IMG/VR virus record: IMGVR_UViG_3300025853_000005
Coordinates: 1-48,785 of that record
Reading direction: 5' to 3' (one strand)
Source of the DNA: a virus
Lineage: Duplodnaviria; Caudoviricetes
Length of the DNA stretch: 48,785 bases
The notes below the pieces were generated by a model, which was not told where the DNA came from, searched no databases, and saw nothing but the letters and a program-made list of their open reading frames with translations. Numbering within the stretch: the stretch's first letter is position 1; each line of letters begins with the position of its first letter. The translations under genes and the position numbers were made by a program. This document shows, one piece after another, positions 35,856-44,597 of this stretch.

Positions 35856-37471
35856 TAGATTGCAACCTCCACTAAATTGTAGTTTTGTAATCCGCCATTT
35901 CGCAGGTCAAGTGCATCCATCGCTGTTTTAATTGCAGTCTTGACTGTCGGGTTATTATATCCACGATCAGAGCGATTCGCGATTGAAACCGAGTTGTCGC
36001 CACTGCCAGATTGGTCAGTCCAATCCCAAGCATAATGAGTTTTAGACAACGCAGAAAACATATAGTAAAGCGTTGTATCATTATAGAAGAATGTGGGTGA
36101 TGAAGAATCTCCGATACGCGCCCAATCTTCTGATGGATTATTCCACCGACTCCACTCGAACTCTGGCTGAGATTCAATCGGGTATCGGAGTCCAACCGAA
36201 CACATCTGAGATTCTGTCTCGATAGAAAAGATCCCCTCTTTACTTGGTCCTACAGCTGTGACATCACGCGAGTCATAAGCGTTTGAATCTGTGTCAGTCA
36301 TAAAAGTAGCGTAATCCACATCAAGTGTAAGTGGTTCGTCGAAAAGAACTACGGTTATGTCGGTAGTATCAAGTCCTGTTAGATTCTCATAATCAAGTCC
36401 CTGCAATTCCTGTGCTGTGTTATTCATATCCATAAACCAGAACTTCTTATCCTGCCATGTAGATGGAAAGTCATCGCGCACATGCTCTGCAATAATTCCA
36501 TGGCGAGGAGATAGCGCAATGATATGTCCTGCATACCCATAGAACTCAGACTGAACAGTGAAACAAGTCATTGGCTTTTTATAATACCAACAGTTCGGAT
36601 TGCGTTCCATGTTTGCTATTGGGATGGCAGACCAATTAGGGAATGAAGCGTCACCAGCATCGAGGAGAATCGGATTACCAGTGTCTTTGTATTGCATGTA
36701 TGCGCGATCTGAATCAGTTGGCGTATCTGTCAGGTCAAGCGAGAGATCGGTAAACGGGGATGCGGTTACTGGCGGGATATAAAAGTTCTTTGTGTAGTCT
36801 GGAATATCTCTGAACCCAACAATCTCAGGAGTAAACGCCCCCCAAGTTCCATTCGGGTTAATTACATTTGTAGGCCATCCGCTAATTACACCATTTGCTC
36901 CTTCGACACTTTCTGTCAATGTAGCCGCGCCATCGGTTCCCGCATAACTAACGGCTGGAGTTCCATTATTCGAGATTACGAAATTAGTGAAGTAACCCTT
37001 TACTCCCCAATTGAATACCAACCCCTCGTTTCCCGAACCAATTTCAATCGGAGTGTCGTTATCCCCGACATCATGTGTGACATCAGCATTAACGCCATCA
37101 ATTGTTATCTGATGACCTGTCGGGGTGAAACTCAGCTCAAATTTACCACTAGCTGGCATTATGAACGAGCATTGAAGAACCGTTATGAAGTTCTCCTGAT
37201 AGACAAACTTTGTGCATCCATCATCTTCATCTTGCAAATAAAGGACAGTATCCCCCGCAGTCTGGAAATATCTTCCCTGAATGGATGGATAATGAACTCT
37301 ATCTCTGAATGAAAACGAAATCGACCCCGTGGTAATTCCTGCTATATACGAGTCAGCCGCAGAGCAATCCACACTCATAGTTCCTTGGTTATAAAGAACA
37401 TCGTATGTCTTGCACTTTAGCGTTCCCGTATCATTCCACAGGAGTCCTATCGTTGATGGATTATAGGCCAT
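35855..37471 (-). CDS. structural protein with C-terminal trypsin-like serine protease domain
   Basis: ALSPRHGIIAEHV (His), TDITVV (Asp), IGDSSSP (Ser). Confidence 0.7.
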   Translation of the reverse strand: MAYNPSTIGLLWNDTGTLKCKTYDVLYNQGTMSVDCSAADSYIAGITTGSISFSFRDRVHYPSIQGRYFQTAGDTVLYLQDEDDGCTKFVYQENFITVLQCSFIMPASGKFELSFTPTGHQITIDGVNADVTHDVGDNDTPIEIGSGNEGLVFNWGVKGYFTNFVISNNGTPAVSYAGTDGAATLTESVEGANGVISGWPTNVINPNGTWGAFTPEIVGFRDIPDYTKNFYIPPVTASPFTDLSLDLTDTPTDSDRAYMQYKDTGNPILLDAGDASFPNWSAIPIANMERNPNCWYYKKPMTCFTVQSEFYGYAGHIIALSPRHGIIAEHVRDDFPSTWQDKKFWFMDMNNTAQELQGLDYENLTGLDTTDITVVLFDEPLTLDVDYATFMTDTDSNAYDSRDVTAVGPSKEGIFSIETESQMCSVGLRYPIESQPEFEWSRWNNPSEDWARIGDSSSPTFFYNDTTLYYMFSALSKTHYAWDWTDQSGSGDNSVSIANRSDRGYNNPTVKTAIKTAMDALDLRNGGLQNYNLVEVAI

Positions 37472-37474
37472 ATT

Positions 37475-37891
37475 TTACGAAACGGTTGCTGTTGTAGAGA
37501 CTATGTTCCAAATAAATCCAGTTGCCCCAATCAATGTGGCAGATTCGCCAACAGTCATAGTTATAGTTTGCGCGCCAACACCTGTAGTTACATCAACATC
37601 ACAAACAAAAGATGAATCAGTGCATGTAATATACATGATTTTGCCAACATTAGACGCGCCCGGAATTGCAAGAGTCATTGCCGCTGTTGCCGCTGAACCA
37701 TCTAAGATCGCCATATCATCAGTCAATGCTATTGCGCCAGCCGCAACATAGGTCGTGATTGCCCCTGCTTTGTACCCACCCGTTATATCACCTGTAATAT
37801 CGCCAGTTACATCACCAACGAATCCGCCATCTGCTGTGCATACATCTAACGTGCTTACTGCGAATCCATCTACATTAATTTTATCTGCCAT
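37475..37891 (-). CDS. head decoration/fibre protein
   Basis: GDVTGDITGDITG repeat; paralog of 38186-38572. Confidence 0.65.
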   Translation of the reverse strand: MADKINVDGFAVSTLDVCTADGGFVGDVTGDITGDITGGYKAGAITTYVAAGAIALTDDMAILDGSAATAAMTLAIPGASNVGKIMYITCTDSSFVCDVDVTTGVGAQTITMTVGESATLIGATGFIWNIVSTTATVS

Positions 37892-37903
37892 TGTATTTCT
37901 CCG

Positions 37904-38173
37904 TTATCCTGCGGATACCTTAACGGTTCCATTACTATTCCACAACTGACCAAGCGTTGACGGGTCTGCTATCGGCAACGCATCCATTACTACATAACCA
38001 CCAAATTGAGAAGTTGTATCACTCCCCGTACTGAAAGTATTTGTGCCTGAATCAAACGCAAACTGCTCTGTTCCCGTTCCATTAGTTAGGTTCCCATCGA
38101 ATGTGTTCGCTGTCAACGTACCCTCCGAGTCAGCCCAAACGCCTGTATTCTGATCCCAAGTTCTTTGAGCCAT
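37904..38173 (-). CDS. small structural/fibre protein
   Basis: LPIADPSTLGQLWNSNGTVKVSAG C-terminal motif. Confidence 0.7.
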   Translation of the reverse strand: MAQRTWDQNTGVWADSEGTLTANTFDGNLTNGTGTEQFAFDSGTNTFSTGSDTTSQFGGYVVMDALPIADPSTLGQLWNSNGTVKVSAG

Positions 38174-38185
38174 GATGTTCTCCGA

Positions 38186-38572
38186 TTAAGTAAGTACCAC
38201 ACCGTTATTACCAGTAATATACCAGACTGAATCCTGACTAATCATCGTCATTCCATCGCCAACTGTGAATGTCGCCGTTGCCGTTGCACCACCAAAGTCA
38301 GCATCAATGTCAACTGTGTTATCAGAGTTAATGCAAATAACCGTCATCTGATGTCCGTCTGCTCCTGCCGCCAATGTCATCGAACCGCTAGTCGTTCCGT
38401 CCAAAGAGACAAACGAATCGGTCGGATCAATCGCTCCGGTCAGCGCATACTCGCTAACGGTCTGCGTAATCCCTGACGTAATAGTTGTGGTTCCTGTAAC
38501 AGTGAGGTTGCCCGTCACCGTCATATTGTCTTGGGTATCAACCGATACGCCGTCTAAATTCCATTTGTCCAT
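38186..38572 (-). CDS. head decoration/fibre protein
   Basis: Directly after the capsid gene; paralog of 37475-37891. Confidence 0.65.
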   Translation of the reverse strand: MDKWNLDGVSVDTQDNMTVTGNLTVTGTTTITSGITQTVSEYALTGAIDPTDSFVSLDGTTSGSMTLAAGADGHQMTVICINSDNTVDIDADFGGATATATFTVGDGMTMISQDSVWYITGNNGVVLT

Positions 38573-38591
38573 AAGGATACTCCATTTAAAA

Positions 38592-38627
38592 TAAAAATGC
38601 GGAGGGCGGTTGCAGTCCCAACCCTCC
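38592..38627 (-). terminator. rho-independent terminator after the major capsid gene
   Basis: GGAGGG...CCCTCC stem followed by ATTTTT on the minus strand. Confidence 0.75.
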
Positions 38628-38644
38628 TATTGTCACCAGTCTAA

Positions 38645-39595
38645 CTAGACAACCTGTTGTCCACGATATTTACCCGGACGAAGCAGACCAGTACCGAGAG
38701 CCATACGCAGACGGCTCCACAGTTTATCAGGATTCTGCCCATCTTGGAACACCATGACGCTTGGAGCGACGCGGATGTGGAACTGAAGATCGTTTTCGCA
38801 ATCACCACAGTACGCGACGGTATTAGCATTCAGCCAATCCCAAACTTCGTAGTTCACATCGCTAACGATGTTGGTGTTGTTCAGCGAAGTATCAACCTTC
38901 AGGTTAGTACCAACGATTTCCTTGATGGTATCTTCCTGATCGGGAGAAACGATAATCTTCTCCATCACCTGTGGGTCGAGATCGCCAGAACCATCGAGGT
39001 ACTTGCGGAAGTTAACGCGAGCGTTAGCAACTACATCAGCGGTCAACGCGCCAGTTTCGAGGTTGCTCCAAGTGCCTGCGGTACGCTTCGGTTGCGGGCG
39101 AGCCGCAGAGAAGAATGCAAGACCGTCTTCAGCCAGAAGCGAGAGATTGGCAGTACCAAACCCACGGTTAAAGGCATCAGCAAGGATACGCTCGATTGTC
39201 TTACGACCAGAGTGGACGAGACTGCGAGAGTGGTCGCCAATCACGCCGTAGCGGTCGGTTTCCAACAGTTCGCGAGTGATCATCATGCTCTGACGCATGG
39301 TGTAGTTAGAAATGACCTGATCGAAACCAAGAGACTTCTTATCAACCGGAAGGTTATCGCCATCGCTGTTAAGCTGTGCGAGTCCGATGTTGTTCAAGGC
39401 TTGGAACGAATAGTTGTTCTTATCAACGTTCTTAGTCTTGAAGTATTTTTCGCCCTGAATTGGCGTAGCCGCGTCCATCTTGCGAGCTTCGTCAATTCCT
39501 GCCGCTGTCAATACACCAAACTCATCAACGAGTTCTCCGCCTGATCCTGCGGCTACCGTAGTTTTGGTGACTTTATCAAAGTTAAATGCGCTCAT
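38645..39595 (-). CDS. major capsid protein (HK97 fold, Mu gpT-like)
   Basis: 316 aa; ITRELLETDRY, DGLAFFSAARP, KIIVSP motifs; downstream of portal and scaffold; followed by terminator. Confidence 0.85.
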   Translation of the reverse strand: MSAFNFDKVTKTTVAAGSGGELVDEFGVLTAAGIDEARKMDAATPIQGEKYFKTKNVDKNNYSFQALNNIGLAQLNSDGDNLPVDKKSLGFDQVISNYTMRQSMMITRELLETDRYGVIGDHSRSLVHSGRKTIERILADAFNRGFGTANLSLLAEDGLAFFSAARPQPKRTAGTWSNLETGALTADVVANARVNFRKYLDGSGDLDPQVMEKIIVSPDQEDTIKEIVGTNLKVDTSLNNTNIVSDVNYEVWDWLNANTVAYCGDCENDLQFHIRVAPSVMVFQDGQNPDKLWSRLRMALGTGLLRPGKYRGQQVV

Positions 39596-39607
39596 AATAT
39601 AATCTCC

Positions 39608-40105
39608 TTACGCTACTGAACCGTCAAGAACGGATTGAATTGGACGAACATATACATATCCGTTTACGGTGGTAGATGCGGTATCATAAGTACCAGTTGC
39701 ATCATCCCAAGGCTGACCTGTTGCGGGCTTATCCGTAACCATAACCACACCATTTGTGGTAGTATCGGTAACACCATTAAGACCTGCGGAAACTTCTAAC
39801 GTATAAACGTCTCCAATTGCCAGATCACCCGGTGTTTTCGTATCAATTGCCTCGATAGCAATAACGGTATCAGAAGCAAATAACAGTACAGGTACATTAT
39901 CCCCGTCCGTAGTTCCTGCTGAGAGTGCCATGCCGTGTACGGCTCCTGCGCTTGCGGCTTCCGCAAGTTTGATTGATCCATCTTCGGCAACGCGAATGAG
40001 ATCACCTTCGTTATAAACCTCTCCGTCTACATAAGTAAAGCGCTGTTCTATCGCTCCACCATAACGTACGACTTGAGGGCCTTTAGTACATCCTGTAACA
40101 GCCAT
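39608..40105 (-). CDS. capsid cement/minor head protein
   Basis: EGDLI...HGMAL pattern; immediately upstream of the capsid gene. Confidence 0.6.
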   Translation of the reverse strand: MAVTGCTKGPQVVRYGGAIEQRFTYVDGEVYNEGDLIRVAEDGSIKLAEAASAGAVHGMALSAGTTDGDNVPVLLFASDTVIAIEAIDTKTPGDLAIGDVYTLEVSAGLNGVTDTTTNGVVMVTDKPATGQPWDDATGTYDTASTTVNGYVYVRPIQSVLDGSVA

Positions 40106-40125
40106 AATTGACTCCTATTTAATAA

Positions 40126-40692
40126 TTATCCATCTGCCATTTTCGGAGACTTTACTTGTGCGTCAAAGTTGCCTACAATACCAGTGCCACCATCAATCCG
40201 TTGCATGGCTTCGTATGCCGCCTCATTCGTCACTTTCTGCATCTCCACGAAACTATCTTTCATTGTTCGACAAACGATATCGTTTTTCAAACTGTAGTCA
40301 GTTTTTTCGAGTCCCTTCGCTGTTAGTTCACGCTGAGTAATTGTTCCGCTTTGGAAGATATACTTGCATTCAGGGTCTTCACGCTCAAGGCGCTCGATTA
40401 ATGCTGATCTATCATCCCGTCCGATACCTGCCACATTCATCCGTGGGGGTGCTTTTCTTTTCGGTGATGGTGTCGCAACAACCTCTTTAGCAACTACTTC
40501 CGCAACTTCTTCTGTCAACGCTTCAACCTCCAACTTAGGTTCCGATGCTACAATCTCGGCTTGCTTCTTCGCAATCGCCGTTTCCAAACTGCCCTCTTTC
40601 TTGAACATATGGACTGATTTCACACCTAACTCTTTTGCAACTGCTTCCAGTGCAACCCGCTCGTCTGTCTTTTCTTCTTTTTGGCTAGTCAT
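40126..40692 (-). CDS. hypothetical head-module protein
   Basis: GAGGA RBS; between scaffold and capsid genes. Confidence 0.7.
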   Translation of the reverse strand: MTSQKEEKTDERVALEAVAKELGVKSVHMFKKEGSLETAIAKKQAEIVASEPKLEVEALTEEVAEVVAKEVVATPSPKRKAPPRMNVAGIGRDDRSALIERLEREDPECKYIFQSGTITQRELTAKGLEKTDYSLKNDIVCRTMKDSFVEMQKVTNEAAYEAMQRIDGGTGIVGNFDAQVKSPKMADG

Positions 40693-40701
40693 AATTATCC
40701 T

Positions 40702-41409
40702 CTATACAGCAAATCCCATTGCCCGTTTAATTTCGTCCGTCATTTCCTCGCCCTTTGGTTTTGGTTGTGCGGTCACCCGCTTACCACCAATCCCTCCGCG
40801 CCCCGGAACCTTCGCCGATTTGAGTGCCTTCGCAACCTTCAGAGCCGTAGCTTCATCTAGGTCAGCAAATTCAGGAGTCGCCCTTAACTGCGCGATTTCC
40901 TTCCGGTACTCCAACTTCTCTGGGTCTGTATCGCTCTTGAGTGAGTTGAAATTCTGCTCAATCTGTCCCAACTTCTGGCTAAGAAAATTCGCCAAGTTGT
41001 TCTGTAACTGAGATTGCTTCCAATCCATATACCCAATCGCCTGAGTAGGGTCATCTTCGACTCTATCCCGCCATTCTTGCTCTTCTTTAGCAAGATTATC
41101 AGCCTCAACATTAGGCTGTCCGATTCCGTCCACTTTGGCTTCGAGCGCCTCGAACTGACTTTGCAGGTTATTGTTCTCATCCTGCGTCCGATGCTGTGCC
41201 TGCTTTGCCTTCTTCAAACTCTTATTACGTTTGGCGATCTTATCTTTCTGTGCAAGTGCCAACGCTTTTAGTTCTTCGATGGTTTCAGGTAACTCTCCGC
41301 TTTCGTCTTCGTCTTCGTCGTTGTCATCATCATTCGCGCCCTCATTGACGAGTAGTGATAATGCTGTAATTTCTTCTTCTCCGAGTTCTTCCAATGCTTC
41401 TGGCATCAA
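40702..41409 (-). CDS. capsid scaffolding protein
   Basis: Acidic N-terminus, coiled-coil, position between portal and capsid. Confidence 0.7.
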   Translation of the reverse strand: MMPEALEELGEEEITALSLLVNEGANDDDNDEDEDESGELPETIEELKALALAQKDKIAKRNKSLKKAKQAQHRTQDENNNLQSQFEALEAKVDGIGQPNVEADNLAKEEQEWRDRVEDDPTQAIGYMDWKQSQLQNNLANFLSQKLGQIEQNFNSLKSDTDPEKLEYRKEIAQLRATPEFADLDEATALKVAKALKSAKVPGRGGIGGKRVTAQPKPKGEEMTDEIKRAMGFAV

Positions 41410-41493
41410 AGGCTCCTATTTACTGGTTATCTGATGAAAGAGACACTCATTTGTCTCTAGTCATTTGTTACAAATTTGTCTTTCTTGCTCCCT

Positions 41494-41534
41494 ATCTTAC
41501 ATATATGTATCATGGTGTCAAGATAAATCTTCAA
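41494..41534 (-). promoter_or_regulatory. sigma70-type promoter with TACA-N4-TGTA palindrome
   Basis: TTGACA(41516-41521)-N16-TAAGAT; TACATATATGTA at 41498-41509; 19-bp block shared with 44492-44510. Confidence 0.7.
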
Positions 41535-41538
41535 CTTT

Positions 41539-41748
41539 CTACATTTTGCGAGCTGTTTCCATGAGTTCGGCAACCTTATCATAGGCGCGAACTACCGCCG
41601 CGTTCTCTTCCGTTGGCTTTTTAATCAACGCACCAAGGGCGATTCTCCGACGCTCCGCAATCTCATCCATGAAAGCGGATGCGCAGGCATTTGTACTCCA
41701 CCTGTGCATGTCGCTCCCGTCAATGCCATTCAATTTCTTAAAGGCCAC
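41539..41748 (-). CDS. small protein after the portal gene
   Basis: 69-aa helical ORF overlapping the portal 3' end. Confidence 0.65.
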   Translation of the reverse strand: MAFKKLNGIDGSDMHRWSTNACASAFMDEIAERRRIALGALIKKPTEENAAVVRAYDKVAELMETARKM

Positions 41749-43906
41749 CCGCTACCCCCGATGCTTCCTGCCGAGCCACTTCCCCGCCTTCTGCCGGTGC
41801 CGTAGGTTGCGCCTGCTGTTGTGCGCCCTGCTGTGACTGCTGATCAATCCGCGCTTCAATCTGCGCGATAACCTGATCGAGTACGCCTTGGACGTTCGGG
41901 TTCTGGTCTTCGCTTCCAGTCCATCTACGGCGCTCATCCTTGTAGACGCTCAGATGCTTCTTGAGATTCATGTTGTCCGCCATTTGTGGGAACTGTCCCT
42001 GTGCGAGCATCAGAACTAGGTTGGATCGAGCGTTGGCTTCTGCGTCGCCCTCGTTGTTTGCGATGACGAACTTGCTCGTACCCATCATCTTCTCAGCCAG
42101 AACCTCATTAAGACCTTGCCAGTCAACGGTTTGCGCCATCGGAGTCTGCGCAACGGTCTGCGCATAGTTAATCATGCGTTGCGCTTCAACCGCGTCATCC
42201 TTAATATCGTCAATTATATCAACGACAATATCATAGTCTCCCGCAATATCAGTTGGGCGAATCAATACCGTGTTGTCATCCTCGTCCGTAATCTGAACAA
42301 CCTGCTCTGGCAAACCATACGCTTCCCAATTCACCTTATAGCGTTGCGCCACAAACGGTAACAACTGCTGAAGGATGTACTCGATGTTTACGAGGTTGGG
42401 GCGACGAGAGTTGCTTGAGATGGTTCCCGCTTCAGATGCCGATGTACGCGCCCCGAAGCTCTCGCCAATCATGTTCTTGTCGATGCTGTTCGCCGTATTA
42501 CTGTCTTCCTTGAGGTAGTCAAGCAGGAACGTGTTCTGTTGCGCAAGGCTCTGAACATTCATCTGGTCGATGCTATTCATATTGTCAACGATAAAGCGAG
42601 CATCAGGCTTGAACGTCCGGTCATTCCCCTGCACCTCGCCAGAAACCTCTTTCAGCGGTGGCTTGTTGACGAGCGTTCCATTATCAATGGTCTGCCGGAC
42701 AAGCGTGTTCTCTGCCGCCAGATTACCGCGAACCACTTCGTAGTTGGAAATGTGGTAGAGCAGATCGGAGTCATCCGGGTTAGCGTGAATCATCTCGATT
42801 GGAATTGAGTCGTCAGGCTCTTGGTTGCGTTCGATGCGAGCGACAACGGATTCGTGCGCTGTGTTGCCGAACATGGTGACGCGGTATCGCTTCGGGACGT
42901 TCTTCATAATATCCCAAGAGTCATCGTCCTCGCTAATCGGCACATTGACAAAGACCTCGCGCTTGAGATACTGACCTGTTTCCGTGTTGGTCGGCTTGTT
43001 CTCCATTGCGCGGTTGTCCTTCTTATCCTCCGCGTTCTCGAATCCGCTGAATCCGTCCCATTGCTGAGATGTGTTGATGTTTTCAAGAGTTTCTTCTAGG
43101 TAGAATCCCGATGCAATCCCGTCGATAATGTCAGACATTGATACCACGCTAGACACAATCACACACTCTTGGCTTTGGATGTCTCCAATCACGGAGTCCG
43201 CTTTGACGCTTTCGATTGGCAGGCATCTGAACACGGGGCGATTATTGATTACGGTTTCAATTTCCTCAGTCTCGTATCTGTCAACCTTGGTCGGGTCATC
43301 GTTCTTATAGATTGGCGTTCGGACTGTCTTGCGTCCGCGCTCATGCAACCACTCAACCATCACGGGAACATTGCCATACTTCTTAACCTGCGTCCAAAAC
43401 TCGATACTCTTGAGATCAAACTTGTCTCGCTTCATTGACCACTTCGCAAGGAGGTTCAGCTTCTTCGCTCTGTCCTCCGCGTTCTTCACCTCACCCTCTA
43501 ACTCGTTATCCTGCAACGCTTCATACTTGAATGGCATATCCTTGGATGTTTGAACCGCGTATCCATTTGATGCCATCTGCGTGACTTGGCGGTAGAATTG
43601 AGTCGTACCAATCTTCGCTCGCTCCCAATCATCAGGCTCATTCGCGCCATATTGCTTTTGAGTTTGAACCGATGAGTCATTCACCCAAGACCGGAATGCG
43701 GCATCCATTTGATTCCACAATCCCGAATCCTCTGATGTGTACTCTTCTCGCTGAGATGTGAACCGTGTGTCATACTCGTCTACGGTTTGCTTGATTTGTG
43801 ATACAATCTCTTCGTCGCTTGCTAGGTTCTTCACATCATCGATGTAATACGCGGGTGTTACCTCAATTTCTGCTTCTTGAGGGATGAAGTCAGTTGCGTT
43901 CGCCAT
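41738..43906 (-). CDS. portal protein (P22/podovirus-like size)
   Basis: 722 aa after TerL; KKYGN, RTSASE motifs; Q-rich C-terminus. Confidence 0.85.
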   Translation of the reverse strand: MANATDFIPQEAEIEVTPAYYIDDVKNLASDEEIVSQIKQTVDEYDTRFTSQREEYTSEDSGLWNQMDAAFRSWVNDSSVQTQKQYGANEPDDWERAKIGTTQFYRQVTQMASNGYAVQTSKDMPFKYEALQDNELEGEVKNAEDRAKKLNLLAKWSMKRDKFDLKSIEFWTQVKKYGNVPVMVEWLHERGRKTVRTPIYKNDDPTKVDRYETEEIETVINNRPVFRCLPIESVKADSVIGDIQSQECVIVSSVVSMSDIIDGIASGFYLEETLENINTSQQWDGFSGFENAEDKKDNRAMENKPTNTETGQYLKREVFVNVPISEDDDSWDIMKNVPKRYRVTMFGNTAHESVVARIERNQEPDDSIPIEMIHANPDDSDLLYHISNYEVVRGNLAAENTLVRQTIDNGTLVNKPPLKEVSGEVQGNDRTFKPDARFIVDNMNSIDQMNVQSLAQQNTFLLDYLKEDSNTANSIDKNMIGESFGARTSASEAGTISSNSRRPNLVNIEYILQQLLPFVAQRYKVNWEAYGLPEQVVQITDEDDNTVLIRPTDIAGDYDIVVDIIDDIKDDAVEAQRMINYAQTVAQTPMAQTVDWQGLNEVLAEKMMGTSKFVIANNEGDAEANARSNLVLMLAQGQFPQMADNMNLKKHLSVYKDERRRWTGSEDQNPNVQGVLDQVIAQIEARIDQQSQQGAQQQAQPTAPAEGGEVARQEASGVAGGL

Positions 43907-43908
43907 AG

Positions 43909-44466
43909 TTAATCTCCGTCAGTCACGAACTCAATCGCGCTTTCTTTTAAGCAATACTCTTTCGAGTACAAAATTCTCTGAAGATCGTCGGATGATTCCG
44001 GTGCAACGCAGAACTTCCCTATGTCTTCCTTCGTTAGATGCTCGCAGTCGTCCGCCACATCCAATATCTCCACCCAATTCGTGTTCTCTAAGAAGCCGTC
44101 CGTCATGTGAAGAACAACCTCGCCTTTTTGGTCGCATACATGGTCGTTCTGGCACTTCAAAACTTTAACGAATTTGTTGACGGGAGAGAACTGGTCATCC
44201 TTTTCTTTTGCGTAAAGGACGCTATCCTTGACAACCGCGAACTCACTCCCGCCAACATTATAATCCACCACCCCGTAATGGGGTATTAACAATCGGTCGC
44301 CCGATGTTACAAATTTGTCACTTCCTGAGCTATGAACTGCGCCCCTATAGCTCTTAACCTGAGCGCCGTCACTAATCTCAATATCATTGTGCGTCTTCTC
44401 TTGGGCATCCCTCTTAATGAACACCCAGTTTCCAACAGCTTTTAAATTGTTTCCTTCCATCGCCAT
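43909..44466 (-). CDS. tandem GroES/Cpn10-like co-chaperonin
   Basis: LKAVGNWVFIKRD...GDRLLIPHY...FAVVKDSVLYA, then a second unit FSPVNKFVKV...YCLKESAI. Confidence 0.7.
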   Translation of the reverse strand: MAMEGNNLKAVGNWVFIKRDAQEKTHNDIEISDGAQVKSYRGAVHSSGSDKFVTSGDRLLIPHYGVVDYNVGGSEFAVVKDSVLYAKEKDDQFSPVNKFVKVLKCQNDHVCDQKGEVVLHMTDGFLENTNWVEILDVADDCEHLTKEDIGKFCVAPESSDDLQRILYSKEYCLKESAIEFVTDGD

Positions 44467-44468
44467 CC

Positions 44469-44528
44469 CTTATAGTTACATTTTTGTATGATGTCAAGAT
44501 AAATCTTCAAAAAACTACAAACTTGTAG
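44469..44528 (-). promoter_or_regulatory. sigma70-type promoter with two TACA-N4-TGTA palindromes
   Basis: TTGACA(44492-44497)-N17-TATAAG; TACATTTTTGTA at 44477-44488 and TACAAACTTGTA at 44516-44527. Confidence 0.7.
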
Positions 44529-44597
44529 CAATGAAGCACACCATCATGCCCACAACGAGCGCCAGTCCAATCGATAATACTATCATTTCTCGTATCA

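Noticed and set aside
38657-39544. 295-aa + strand ORF, and similar antisense ORFs such as 30357-31163 and 40364-41011
   Set aside because: Antisense shadows of real minus-strand genes caused by codon bias.
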